Source of the DNA: Leptogorgia sarmentosa
Taxonomy: Eukaryota
NCBI GenBank assembly: GCA_964658305.1
Contig: OZ210885.1
Location: 10,850,001 to 10,914,000, forward strand
Direction: 5' to 3'
DNA length: 64,000 nt
The notes under the pieces are model-generated. The model was given only the letters and a program-made list of their open reading frames with translations, ran no database searches and was not told the origin of the DNA. Both the position numbers and the translations under genes were made by a program. The stretch's first letter is position 1, and every line of letters starts with the position of its first letter. Shown one piece after another: positions 36,126 through 49,511 of the stretch.

Positions 36126-37459
36126 TATCGTTCTTTTGTAACTTTACCTTGTCGTTACCTTTTGTAAACAGTACAGACATAATTACTTTCTGAGATTTTA
36201 AGTGTTTTACAAAAATGTGAAAGTAGAAGTTTCTTTGAAAATAATTGTATGGAATCATCTGGTAACAAACTTCAACATGTGGCCAGTAGCTATATAGGTA
36301 CCGCTACCGAATAACAACATCAACAGGCAGCTAAAGTTCTGCCCACTAGCTGAACAAATGCAATAAGAATTAATGCTTGAAGCAAAGTCCAATAGTAAAA
36401 AATTAGTGTGTGTTAAAATGCCCGAGGGCCGTTGCACAAAACATCGAATCCTAGTTTATCCTGTAGGTAATTAGTAGAACTTTTGCTGTTTTTTGACATA
36501 ATCTAGTATCCACTGCCTTTGACAATTATATGTAATTATTCAGTAATTTGTAGGTAAGACGTGTGGTCGAGTGCATCGAGGTCTCATATAAATTGAAACA
36601 TTTTGCTGCAATAACGATAAATCAAATAATTATTCGGCAGCAAAAGGTATTCTGGCCCCTTTCTTATGGAATATTAGGGGGCGGCTTTAACGTTTCCGAG
36701 AGAGGCACACAATTTTCTTTCCCGTTGCACTGCAAAAATTTTAGAAATTTGGAATCTCTTGATGGTCGGAAATGGCATCTCCGCTGTCTTCCATATACCT
36801 CCTTCCGGGAGAATGAACATGGCAACAAGATTATGGTTTTCAGAATTACTTTTATTATCTCTCAGCTTTGCCCAACGAATCGAACTGACTAAATTACCGA
36901 ACAGGGAGGCTGAGGCTCCCCGACAGGGGGACTGTAGCCCTTCCCAACCCCCCCACCCCCACCCCCCACCCCCCACCCCCCCTCCTTTGGCGCCACCACT
37001 GGTAAACCTACAAGGCAGTATCCAACATTATCATTTCACTCAACCAAAATTTTTGTCATGCGCATCTCTCCTTTTAAAGCCGTAACATATTATCTTACTT
37101 CCTACTTTGCTATCGCAATTTATCTATATGAGTAACCCAGTTTTGAACAATCAGACAAGCCAGATTTATTCAATTGGAAAGGCGAGTGGAAAGTATTGAC
37201 CACTCAACGCTGTCTCCAAATATTCGTTGCCTCGCAGTGTGTTCCGTATTTCGAGCATATTATGGATAGTTGTAAACTGACAACGATTAAATATATTTCT
37301 TTCGTTAATTATGTCATTCAAGCCGTGCCATATTAATGTAATAAGCGCTTAAAAGTAACTTAGATCATAGACAATCGTCTATGCTCAGACTTAAGTAAAA
37401 CATTGTTCTTTTTACATATCCTGTCCATCCTGAAATATGCATATACATAGCCTACTTAT

Positions 37460-38430
37460 AATTACGGGAAACACTGAGTATTTTCATGAAATACACAACA
37501 GCGGTACCTCCGAATAACGTAAACATTTTGATTCAACGTTTCGACTTTATTTAGTCATCATCAGGATTCAGGAATGGTTCTATTTCATGTGCATGCGTTA
37601 TATATACTGTACGTAATTTGATATCTGATCAGAAGAAAACCGATAGTTCTCTAGATGCTTTAGTCCCATGATTCAGTTCCGGTTTTTGTCGATGAATGAT
37701 TTTTTTCTTTGAACAGCAGATTTGACCAATGCTTAGCCCTGTCTATGATGTTGCAATTGTTCAGTAGGTTCAGATAGTTAAATTGTTCGCAAGTGTTAAT
37801 GTTTTTATCAATCTCTGAGTTTTTGTCTGTGATTGCATGTTCGTTCAGTCTTGTATAGAGGCATCTGTCTGTCTTTCCTATGTATGTTTTGCCGCACCCA
37901 GGACATGAAAATTTATAAACCACCGAACTTTGAAACTCCTTAGGTGTTTTATCTTTGCACGAAACAGTGCAAGTACTATGCACAAGTGACCTAATCCGTG
38001 CAATTTTGTACGAACACGGAGTAAAACTAGATTAATGGATATACTGGCCTGTGTGTGTGCTCTTACGAAAAATCGAAGTGCCGTTAGATGTTAATTCGAT
38101 ATCCAAAAAATTTACCTCGTATCCTATGTAAAAAATGTCCAAATGTATTATTTTGAATAAAAGTGATTATTATATATTTAAAAAAAAAAAAAAATTTACC
38201 TCGTTATCGACGAACTCTTCATGCGTGAACTGTATATCCGGATGGTAGGTGTTCAGTTTATTTAAAATCAAGTTAATATCAGACGGTTTGGCCAAAACTT
38301 GTGTGTCATCAACATATCTTATATAGAATTTTATAGTATCCTTTTCGAAAAGTTCTTTTATTATTTCGTCTTCTAATGCCATCATGATGATGTTAGCTAA
38401 AGTTGGACTTAAAGGCGAACCCATCGAAAC
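37460..38430 (-). mobile_element. Decayed Penelope-like retroelement (RT + GIY-YIG) with pLTR
   Basis: MGSPLSPTLANI...RYVDD (38170-38424); VVYKFSCPGCGKTYIGKTDR...RLNEH (37660-37983); inverted pLTR copy at about 39550-39667. Confidence 0.85.
37529..37570 (-). ncRNA. Minimal hammerhead ribozyme-like motif in Penelope pLTR
   Basis: tgaatc-CTGATGA-tgact aaata aagtc-GAAAC-GTT-gaatca. Confidence 0.65.
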
Positions 38431-39550
38431 TCGAAATTGTTAACGGAAAATTGAGTTTTGGTACAATCATCAAGGATCAGTTTTATGGTGTTTTCGCCGT
38501 AAAGTGTGGTCATATGGTGTTTTCGCTGTGAAGTGGTATGTTGGTAGATAAAGAAAATTCGCAAATTTATGTCTTGGAACGATGTCAAGCGAAATTCTTG
38601 ACCAAGCGTGACGGCTCATGTATTTCGCGTACGTAGGCGGGAAATACATGACGCTTGCGAAATACCTCACTCGATGAAAACCTCAATCAAAACCACTTTT
38701 CTTGGCTGACATCTCGGTTTATATCGTGTTTAATGCTATAATAATGTATTGTATCGAACACCGAAGCTAGAATCAATTTGATATTTCTGATATTACAAAA
38801 CAATCGGGAATATATGTGTTTTTTATCGATTATACTTTATATAGAGTATAGTCAGTAAACAATCTGCGACTTCACGGGAAATGAATAATAAATAAATAGA
38901 AATATATTTTGCATATAGAATATCTTTGCAAAAAAAAGTTGATTATTATACTAGTATAACGCGTTTTAGGCCTACCTATGTAGGTATCTTCGGATACCAT
39001 TGTAAGGTAGATCGCTATGCCCTAGTTTTAAGCTGCGGTTTTATAAGGAAAAGTTTAAATATTTTTAAATCAGTTTTGACTGTTCAGTAAATTATTTGAA
39101 CTACAAATGCACAATGTCAATGACATTGAATCATTCATACAACTATAATATGAAGATATTTCAACATACGCACAATATACGCATCACCAACTAGTTAAAT
39201 TAGATAGAAACGACTCAATGAGTTTAAAATAGGCCGTGGGCTGTTCGCGAAACAGACTTTCGATTGATGCTTCGCTACTTCAACACTAGCACAGTCAGCA
39301 ACAGATGCCGTACTTGAATTTGGAGCCATTCGTAAAGAATTTTTGTAGGAAAATCACTTAAAAATCTCTTTCAAAGTAAAACGTGTTGTTGTAGCTTCAG
39401 CAGTTGCGAAATTCATGAGCCAGCGTGGATGACGCACATCATTTGCGCATGTGCAGAACTGCGATAATCATGTATTTAGCAAGTCAGGAATTTCGCGTCA
39501 CAACGGATTCCCTAAAACATTGGCCAACAAACTTAGATAAAAATCACATC

Positions 39551-39592
39551 CTAATCCTGAAGATGACTAAATGAAGTCGAAACGTTGAATCA
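39551..39592 (+). ncRNA. Minimal hammerhead ribozyme-like motif (inverted pLTR copy)
   Basis: aatc-CTGAAGA-tgact aaatg aagtc-GAAAC-GTT-gaatca. Confidence 0.6.
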
Positions 39593-41633
39593 AAATGCTT
39601 ATACGTTATTCGGAGTTACCATTGTAGTGTATTTCATGAAAATACTCAGTGGTTCGCGTAATAATTACACTCTTACAGTAAATCTAAGGCACGTAAGCAT
39701 CGCATGGTAAAGAATTTGAAGAGAAGCGGCGAAAAATGATATAAATGGTCCGAAAATGAAAAAATATTAAAAATTTAATGTTGTGAAATTTGTATAGTGT
39801 TGTGAATTGCTTCGGATCTCGTGAATGAGTTGAGCAACGCTTGCACACAGGTGGATTTTGGCCAATAATTGGGGCTGTCTTCTCCAACCACAGCAGTTCA
39901 AGCGTTCGAATAAAGTTGTCCGCTTACTCTTTTTTACACTTAAGTTACTCTTTTTTACACTAAAGTTGTCCGCTTACAAATCACGACGGAATCATGAAGG
40001 AATCTCGACATGATCTCGTAGGATCAACCGTGTCTGGGGATGTCGAAGCGAGGATTTAAAATAGTTGATGAATTATGGACGATGAATGATGTCAACCAAC
40101 ACTACATATTTTTGCTACAGGTTACGCCAACACATCAAAAAACTAAAATACCAACAATGTCCGTTTTGCAGAGGTACTAGATAGATAGATAAGTCGTTGA
40201 AAAATTATATACTAACACACTTACCAAAAACTTAGGTTGATTTCCACAAGAGGCGACCGGAGTAAAGATTGTTCCTAGAGAAATCAGAAATATATCATGA
40301 AGTCAAAAAAAAAGTTTCATTACTTTGATCTTTTAGGATGTGTATTTTTGGCAAAAAATTTCTTGTTGGATATGGTACAAATTTGTCAATCAAGAGTCTT
40401 CGCACAACAGTGATAGTAGCAATTATTTAAATATTGTATAGCAGTGAAACAAGATTTAGTGTACAATAAGGATGGCCTCAGGTGCACAGTAGAATACTTG
40501 CAGACTCCCGGGATACGCGAGACAGAAGAATATCGGTGTAATCAATAGTGATGCTCGTTTTGCTTGATTAAGGGCCTTATTCAAAAGCTTAAAATAAAGT
40601 ATTCTATAATCTATCTGTCAATGTTGTTTGTTACATACCTTTCTACGTTAATACGATCCTACCATCAGAAAAGTTGAATTTAACGTTGAACTCAGATGAC
40701 AAATTTGAATTGAACTCCCTACAAACGCAAATAAGTATGGTTTTTGCCTTTCGTTTCGTGGTGGACAGCAAGTACACACATTCAGAATTAAAGAATTCAA
40801 AATTCATTAGTAAATACAAGCACTGCCACTATTCATCACCAAAAGGCATACGATAGAAATACATTCACCATATATACATCCGTATACATCTGTATATACA
40901 TTTTAAGCATCAGACCACTTTTCCCATGCTTGTTTTTGCCAACAACAACATGTGATGATCCAGAAAGATTATGACAAGATCTCGAACGTCAAAGAAAAGC
41001 TGATAACAACATCAACAGACAGCAAAGAAAGGTTCTACTTAAACGACACATTTGACATTTCGAGTAGAGGCCCCCCTTCTAGCGGCAATTTGTAATTAAG
41101 TACGGTAACTCCCAACCAAGGGCCTTCGCTCAAAACGTCGAATCTTCTGCTGATCACACATGGCCAGACGTTATGAAGATAAATCTTCGATGAATCTTGC
41201 AACATTCCGGGAAAATTTTGTCGAGGCCTTTAACATGTGTTATGCCAGGAACTTACAAGATCATGATTGAATGATAATACAATCTTGGCAAGAGCATGGC
41301 AAGATCTCGGATCATGGGTAATTGTGGCAACAGAATGGGAAGATCCAGCAAAATCATGAAGATTTAGAAATACAGACACAAAAGGAGATATAGATACAAA
41401 AGGAGAGAAACTACCCACAAAAAATGAAATCCTAATTTTAACATTATCTTGAAATTGGGTTAACTAATGTCTGAGTGCGATGACTGAACATGTACAATGT
41501 AATAACTTATCGACAACCAGCTAATTTATTCCCCACTATATCTACATATTAAATGATATACCACAAGGTTTGACATTTTGACCAACTGGGCCCTTTGTCA
41601 GGAAATATTGTGGGAGATGAGAGAAACATGGTA

Positions 41634-42177
41634 TATACAATTTTGTCTATCACCTCACAGTAATTGACAAATCTGATTGGTCGAAACAGAATCGATAAAT
41701 CTCGTATCTTTTTGTGAGCGTGAGCTCCAGCAGGATACGGATTTTTCCCCCGGCAATTTATTCAAAATGGCGCCCAACAACAATGCAAATCTAATTTCTG
41801 ACGAAGAATTAACGCAGAAAAGACAAGATTTGCATAACAAAAACACTATAAAAAGTGATAACGATGCAAATATAAAGTTGGGAGCGTATTTGAAGGCTCG
41901 TCGGATTGAAAACTATGAAGAATAGGTTACTTTCAGTGCCGACAAGGTGTATGACTTGTTTCGTGAAATTTAAATTTGCTTATAGCTAGGTGATAGACAA
42001 AATCCTTGTTCCGAAGGTCTGTCGGGGTATACGAGATTTACCCCTCTCAGCCTGGAGCCAGAATTCGTATCCCCCTCAGCGCTTCGCGCTTCGGGGGATA
42101 CGAATTCTGGCTCCAGGCTTCGAGGGGTAAATCTCGTATACCCCTCAGACCTTCGGAATAAGTGTTAGTATACAATT
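41634..42177 (+). mobile_element. Crypton-like non-autonomous element with terminal hairpin
   Basis: Direct repeat TATACAATT at both ends; GATTGG, AAAATGGCG, ORF stub MAPNNNANLISDEELTQKRQDLHNKNTIKSD...AYLK; hairpin 42009-42158. Confidence 0.6.
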
Positions 42178-45100
42178 GCATTAAGTAGTCTATATGTAGG
42201 GGACCAAACCATATTGGAAAACCATTGACAACAAAGATGTTAATATGTTCACCCTCATAAAAATAATATGTGCACTTTTCCTTAACTATCAACACTGATT
42301 CTCGATCAAGGAGCACCTCATGCTTGTCGATTCTGTTATCCGCTGGTAATACTGACCACATTATGAAGTTTGTTACTGGACAATTAACTTACCTTAATTT
42401 ATTTTATAATCTCAGGAAACTAAATGTTCTAATTTGGCAGCCTTGATTCAGGTTGAAAATCAAGTTTTTCACACTCTGTATTGTTGTTCGATGATGTCAA
42501 CAGATGAACAAATCACATTTCTATAAGGAGATAAGAAAATGGGGCAGAGTCAGTGTTAATTTTGACAAGAAATCAACAATTTCATTGATGTTTCATAGAC
42601 TAACTAAATGTTGTGATCTACTTTATTATAACTTGACCCAAACTAAAAAATCAGTGCCCCCTCCCCCTTGTTCTCCCCCACCCACCATCTATACTCTAAG
42701 CTACCGGCAAAGTACAGGAATATATAATAAATGAGATAATCAATGTGAGGATTATATATACTGTAGCTACCATGTTTAAGACCTGATTATGACCAGGAAA
42801 GGGAAATAAAACACTTAATGTTCTTTGGCAGTATCTGTGGCAGTTTGATTTTGTTTGGACAGTATTATATAACAACTGAGGAATAACAACCAACCATCTG
42901 CACAAATACAAGATAAATCTACACGAACTTAAAGTTATTACTCAACAAGTGACTTCTATAGCTCGGTCGGTCAGAATGCTGGTCTGGAATCTCATGGTTA
43001 CAATTCCTGACAGTCAGGTTTTATAGATTAAAACAGTTTATAAACTTATCATAGGCTAACAAATCTGACAATGAAAATTAAAGTAAAATGTGCGAGATCG
43101 AGGCAGGGGGATTTTTCCAGTAAGTGGCAGAAAGAAACTCATGTCTAGTTTGACAGTTTATGTACATGCAAAATGGAATTTAAGAAATGAAAACATGTGG
43201 GCAAAAAACATGCATGATTTGTTTTGCAGTTTCAGGCCCAGTCATATTCTTTCTGCAATAAAATTAGGATTTCACATTCAATGCATTATTTTCAATCAGC
43301 AATTCAATCCACCCAGATTGAAATCAAAATCAAAATTGAATCCAGAATGAGTTGTAACTCAATTCAGATTGATATTAGCCTTATGATTTCAAAACACAAA
43401 TGAAATATGTAGATCTGATCAAAATCTGAGGTAAAAACACTCTAAATTCAATTGTGACACTTGAAATTTGCAGTGAAATATAACATCAGTATGTAAATCA
43501 ATATGGTTTTATAGAACTTCACTCAATGTGAAAATTTTTGATGGGAGTTAATGTGTCTTAATATTGAGTAAAAATTATACACATGCTGGGACAGTTGCTG
43601 CAATGTATTAAAATGCTCCAAAATGTCTTTTTGTCAAATTTCTGGTTGTGTAGTTTTTACTTTTTGATGGAGATTGACATCCTTGTAACATCAAAACATG
43701 ATTGAATTCTTGTGGTATAAAACAGCTATAAATATATGTAACACAAAACTTGTTTGCTGGGCAAATAATAGAATTGTCTTCACTATTTAACAAATTTATA
43801 TTAAGCATAGTATAATTGTACTGAAAGAATGTGGGTTAGCAGAGCAAAAGCTAGAGGTTTTGGTGGTGTTTTTAGAGCAAGTGAAGGCCCTGTGTAACAG
43901 GGAATGCTCTTGACTTATGTGCCATGCTAGGAATCACCAGCTAGGTCACAAACTACTGATGCAATATACAACTTGATGCAGCTGTACTACAGTATAAAGT
44001 CAATGATGATAGGGTTAGAGTTTCTATATCATTTATTAATGCATGTCTGAACACAGCTTGGCTTAGTCACTGCCAAGAAATTTGTATGGAATGGGCTGGA
44101 ATGCCTTAGAGAAGCTGTAGGAAAAATCATTAATGAACGGGACAAAATTAGCCACTGAATTCACCAAAGTGTACAGTATATATTGTAATGAACACCCTGT
44201 TTAATGAGAAGGTGACTTCTATCAGACTACTGACTGCTGATATTATTTCACTAACATTAAATCATGATTGTAACCTTGTCATATGAAATGCAGTTATAAA
44301 TGTTTGTAAAGCAAATCTTGCTTAGTAAGCCATATTCCCCTCGTAAGCAACTTCTATTTAACAGAGCGAAAACTTTTAGGTTTTGGTGGAGTTTTCAGCA
44401 AATAAATTCTGATAGGGATATAAATTCGCTTGAAATGGCGAACAATACAATCATGTATGGCAAAATATAAACGTAGTTACAGCATGAAGATTTAGCTTCC
44501 GGCTTTGGTCTTTCGCAGTTCGTTCATTATTTCGAGCATATTATACCTATTTGTAAACTTATTACGGTTGAATATATTTGTTCCGTCATTTGTGTCGTTC
44601 ATGTCTAACGTATTTTCCTTTCAACGGGTATATTGCGTCCCTAACACACGGCATCTTCGCAGCTCTGTGACGGGAAATCCTACGGGAATTTCTTTGGTTT
44701 ACTCTACATTTAAATCAAACTCACCTCCTTGGTTATTCCCTGCCCCGCTTTCAATTATTCGTCAATGTAGTATGATTGCGATTATATTGACAGAGAACGA
44801 AATACATGAAACTCACTGCCACAATAAAGCACAGAGTGGCTAAAATATTAAAACTCTGAGTGTAATCAGAACATGGCTTGAGAAAAGGGGAAATCCCTTT
44901 CAATTTCCGGCAGATTAAAATTCAGCCTGCGAGAACTTGAGAATGCCTTGGAAAATAGTTTTAAAATTCCTTGAATTTTCCTTTAGTTTCTATCAATATG
45001 TCACTTCGATTTCTCTATCGTGCTACCATGATACCATCAGACGTGAAAGTCAAACATATTTTATAACCATATTGTATACAAAGAGAAAATGACGGTAACA

Positions 45101-45929
45101 CATCTATCTAAGGCTTAAAATGTCGTTTGTGAAATTCAGGTAGAGTTATGACTTTTGCTATTTCACTAAATACATCACAGTTGCCCACATTTCACTAAGA
45201 CTTCTGCTCTAAAATATCATCTTGGAGGCTCAAAATGAAAGTGGAGATTAATCACAGTCTACGTAGCCAAGAGCTATGCGATACTACCCCCATTAGAATC
45301 TCTAAATTTTTTATCCTAACTACAGCGCGCAACTCAAACTTCATCTGATATACCAGAATATGATTTTTAATTTCTGCACATTCACTGCGGATCAGTATAG
45401 ATAGTATCGTGGAAAATATAACGCGAAACCTGCTCAGCATAAACAATTTTGCGTGCCATTCTTGATCGGTAATCCCTTCGATTTGTAAGCGTGGATTATA
45501 CAGTCTTCCTACATTCTTGTTAGCATATATTATAACCCAGCAAAAAATTGAGGAAGCTACAGCCCACTCTGGGCCATGGGCTCTGCTGCGCTTGTAGAAA
45601 ATAGTTGCAATTTCTCGTATGATATTTTTAAAGACTTTGTATTCTACTCTACATTGCAAAGGCATAGGATAATATCCGCGAGTACACGCAGTCTGCATTC
45701 CGCAGTAATCGCATTGGCCGAGTCAAGCTAGGAATGTTACATTTCGATCGAAATATTTTTAATACAGCAAATATCGTTTTATGTCATAACGTACAGTCTT
45801 TACCGTGTAAAAGTACGAAACATAAAAGCGTAAAGATTTTTGTTCCATAATAATGATCTTCTATGAATTTAATTGAGAAGAAGAACGCGTGGTGAACCCA
45901 TGAGTAAACTATTAAATTGCAATCCATCT

Positions 45930-48515
45930 AACAAGGGGGAATTTCGTTCTCGACCAATCAGCGCATTTGTTGACATTTTTGCGCTAAGCCAATCAGAACG
46001 CGTAAATCGCTATTTTGTAAACAAAGATGGGTACAGATATATACTTTACTCTTCGGCTTTGTTGCCATTGGAATCTTGATATTTTAATCTGAAATTAAAA
46101 TATGTTGTTTAGGAAAGATTTTTCTACAATATTACCGTGGCGATTTGTAAATAATGGCGATTTTGCGGAGATATGCACGTCCAAACTTTGCCTCGCGCAA
46201 GCACAAATAATGCCCTTCGAATCCACCAACCTTTTGACATCTTAACTTATTAACTTGTTAATTTCCCGTGTTTAAACATGGATCAATTCACTATCACAGT
46301 GTCATGAGTCATGATATGCACTACATGACTAACGGATGCTTTTGCGAACGTTTCAATCGCTTTTATTTTGCGAAGGAATGCGAACGATATTCTGAAACTC
46401 ACCGAACTTCAAGACATCGAAGTCTCAAACCTATGACAAGTTTTCACCCTCGATATCAAATTGAAGACATGAGGAATTCTTAGCAAATCTTGCACACGAT
46501 TATGTCTGGAAGTTGCACTGGAGATGAAACGAATTCCCACAGCCAAGAAAGACGCGCCATAATGTGCATGTGTGAGTGCAATGAACGGCATCACACACTC
46601 TGGTTTAAATCACAGAGTAAAAATAAGGTAAGAATTGATCTATATATTTTTATTGTACTATTTTAGAGACAAGGAAAGAACAGTGCAGCTGTCATTCAGT
46701 TATAGAAAGTATATATTAGTAAAATTTAATGGGCAAACTGAAATTCCCTATCTAGTTTTAAATTTGATGTTGTAATTTTGCAAGCAATAACACATTAATA
46801 TATTGCACAATTATATGACCAATTACATGTAACTTACTTTTGTGGATTTGGTGACATTTCCACTAAGGACAATCCAAGTGGGAGCACTCTGTTGGTTACA
46901 ACTTGTTCACCAAATAAATTGAATAAGACCCATCTGCTTATGTCCTTCCTCTGCCTGCACTGCATCCCGTGGTTGTTGGGTGGCTTGTACTGAGTGGGAG
47001 TGGATTAGCTCAAACTTTTTAACTAAATATTCTGCTGCTTTGGTTTTTAGACAATCAATCCGCTTTCTGCTGAAGTTAAATTTTCTGGGTGGGACAAATG
47101 ATGACTGCAACTCCTGCATTTCTTTCTTGCATGCATCAATCTCTCTGGGATCAATTGACTTTAATGCCACCCCACATGGTTAGGGTTAGGATGCTACGGT
47201 TAGGGTTAGATTTATGGTTTGGAACTTGTTTATTTTGTGAATATACGCCCCATGCGCGTGGGGTGGTGTTAAAGTCAATTGATCCCAGAGAGATTAATGC
47301 ATGCAAGAAAGAAATGCAGGAGTTTCAGTCATCATTTGTCCCACCCAGAAAATTTAACTTCAGCAGAAAGCGGATTGATTGTCTAAAAACCAAAACAGCA
47401 GAACATTTAGTTAAAAAGTTTGAGCTAATCCACTTCCACTCAGGACAAGCCACCCAACAACCACAGGATGCAGTGCAGGCAGAGGAAGGACATAAGCAGA
47501 TGGGTCTTATTCAATTTATTTGGTGAACAAGTTGTAACCAACAGAGTGCTCCCACTTGGATTTTCCTCAGAGGAAATGTCACCAAATCCACAAAAGTAAG
47601 CTACATGTAATTGGTCATATAATTGCAGTGCAATATATTAATGTGTTATTGCTTGCAAAATTAAAACATCAAATTTAAAACTAGATAGGGAATTTCAGTT
47701 TGTCCAATAAATTTTACTAATATATACTTTCTATAACTGAATGACAGTTGCACTGTTCTTTCCTTGTCTCTAAAATATAGTACAAAAAGTCAATAAAAAT
47801 ATATAGATCAATTCTTACCTTATTCTTACTCTGTGATTTAAACCAGAGTGTGTGATGCCGTCCATTGCACTCACACAAGCACATTATGGCGCGTCTTTCT
47901 TGGCTGTAGGCATTCCTTTCATCTCCAGTGCAACCTTCCAGACATAAACGTGTGCAAGATTTGCTATTCCTCATGTCTTCAATTTGATATCGAGGGTGAA
48001 AACTTGGCATAGATTTGAGACTTCGATGTCTTGAAGTTCGGTGAGTTTCAGAATATCGTTCGCTTTCCTTCGCAAAATAAAAGCGATTGAAACGTTCGCA
48101 AAAGCATCCGTTACTCATGTATAGTGCATATCATGACTCATGACACTGTGATCGTGAATTGATCCATGTTTAGACACGGGAAATTAACAAGTTAATAAGT
48201 TAAGATGTCAAAAGGTTGGTGGATTCGAAGGGCATTATTTATGCTTGCGCGAGGCAAAGTTTGGACGTGCATATCTCCCCCAAATCGCCATTATTTACAA
48301 ATCGCCACGGTAATATTGTAGAAAAATCTTTCCTAAACAACATATTCTAATTTCAGAATAAAATATCAAGATTCCAATGGCAACATAGCCGAAGAGTAAA
48401 GTATATATCTGTACCCATCTTTGTTTACAAAATAGCGATTTACGCGTTCTGATTGGCTTAGCGCAAAAATGTCAACAAATGCGCTGATTGGTCGAGAACG
48501 AAATTCCCCCTTGTT
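45930..48515. repeat. 2.6-kb foldback inverted repeat (arms about 1.25 kb)
   Basis: AACAAGGGGGAATTTCG...CGAAATTCCCCCTTGTT; mirrored ORFs in the track; spacer contains GGTTAGGGTTAG. Confidence 0.92.
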
Positions 48516-48700
48516 CGCCAACATGCTTCTCAACGAATATATGGCCAGAAATGTCGAAGTTTGGTACACAGTAAAGTACGAAACAGTAAAAATTAACTTA
48601 CATTACATTAAGAATCAAATATTTTATTGTTTCGTACTTTACTATGTACCAAACGTCGACATTTCTGGCCATATATTCGTTGAGAAGCACGTTGGCGACA
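48512..48700. repeat. Palindromic MITE-like hairpin
   Basis: TCGCCAACATGCTTCTCAACG...CGTTGAGAAGCACGTTGGCGA. Confidence 0.75.
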
Positions 48701-49301
48701 TCTCTGTCCGTCCTCAAATTGCGCTCTTCCTTCAACGATCTCCATCAAGCAAAACAATCAAACAAATAAACTTTAGACTGGCCATGTTTTACTCAAAACA
48801 ATTTCTCCCAAACAATTTCACTAGCCTGTGCCTGACAGATGTAAATTTCCTCACTGACATATGACACTGATTACACCGATTTAAATAATATGCTCACTCC
48901 TCAATTAAAACAAACGCGCCTTTATTATTGCCGGAAGTGAGACTAGACCGTGAATAACACTGACACATCCGGTGGAGTCTCCAGACGTAAACAAAGCTAG
49001 CACATGCGCAAAAGGGACTGTAACCTCTCTTTAAGGAAATACTTTGCTTTCTTTCTAGGCATAATTTGTCATTACAATATTAGAATGCTGTTGCAAGCAG
49101 GTATTTTTGTGCAATAATTGGGAAAATTTATTCCAAAACATGTTATTCCCCTCCAATCATTGCTTTATTGAACCATTAAGGAAGTTGATAATAAAGAATA
49201 TGTTTTATCCGAATGAAATAACAAATATAATTCTGAAGAGACTCTATTGAAGTAAGATCTTCAAAATGTTATGAAATATTAACTCATACAGTATTGCATA
49301 C

Positions 49302-49511
49302 CTGTTGCGACAAAACATCTCACCCGAGCTGTATGGCCAACCAAACTGGCCTCAAAATTTAGTGTATCGGCTTTCCACAACTTGATAGTCTTGTCAAGAT
49401 ATCCAACAGTAGCAATGAACTGTCCATCTTTGGTCGTACACAGCGACCTGACTTCCTCAGGAATACTTGTTGAGAGGTTTTCTCCGGTAGACACACAATA
49501 CACTTTCAGCC
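49302..49511 (-). CDS. Gene B WD40 exon (last one found)
   Basis: Paralogue of 13980-14189; 11 nt differences by hand count. Confidence 0.88.

Noticed and set aside
36945..36990. C-rich tract and proline-rich ORF 36759-37085
   Set aside because: Low-complexity end of a small repeat; the ORF is incidental.
41050..41145. Additional hammerhead-like remnants (also near 61635-61660)
   Set aside because: The CTGANGA/GAAA core is not intact.
42200..45900. Short ORFs of 60-150 aa between genes B and A
   Set aside because: No recognisable domains or WD40 exons; consistent with chance ORFs in AT-rich DNA.
47178..47210. Interstitial telomere
   Set aside because: Only a few TTAGGG-like units, embedded in a repeat core also found at about 9175.
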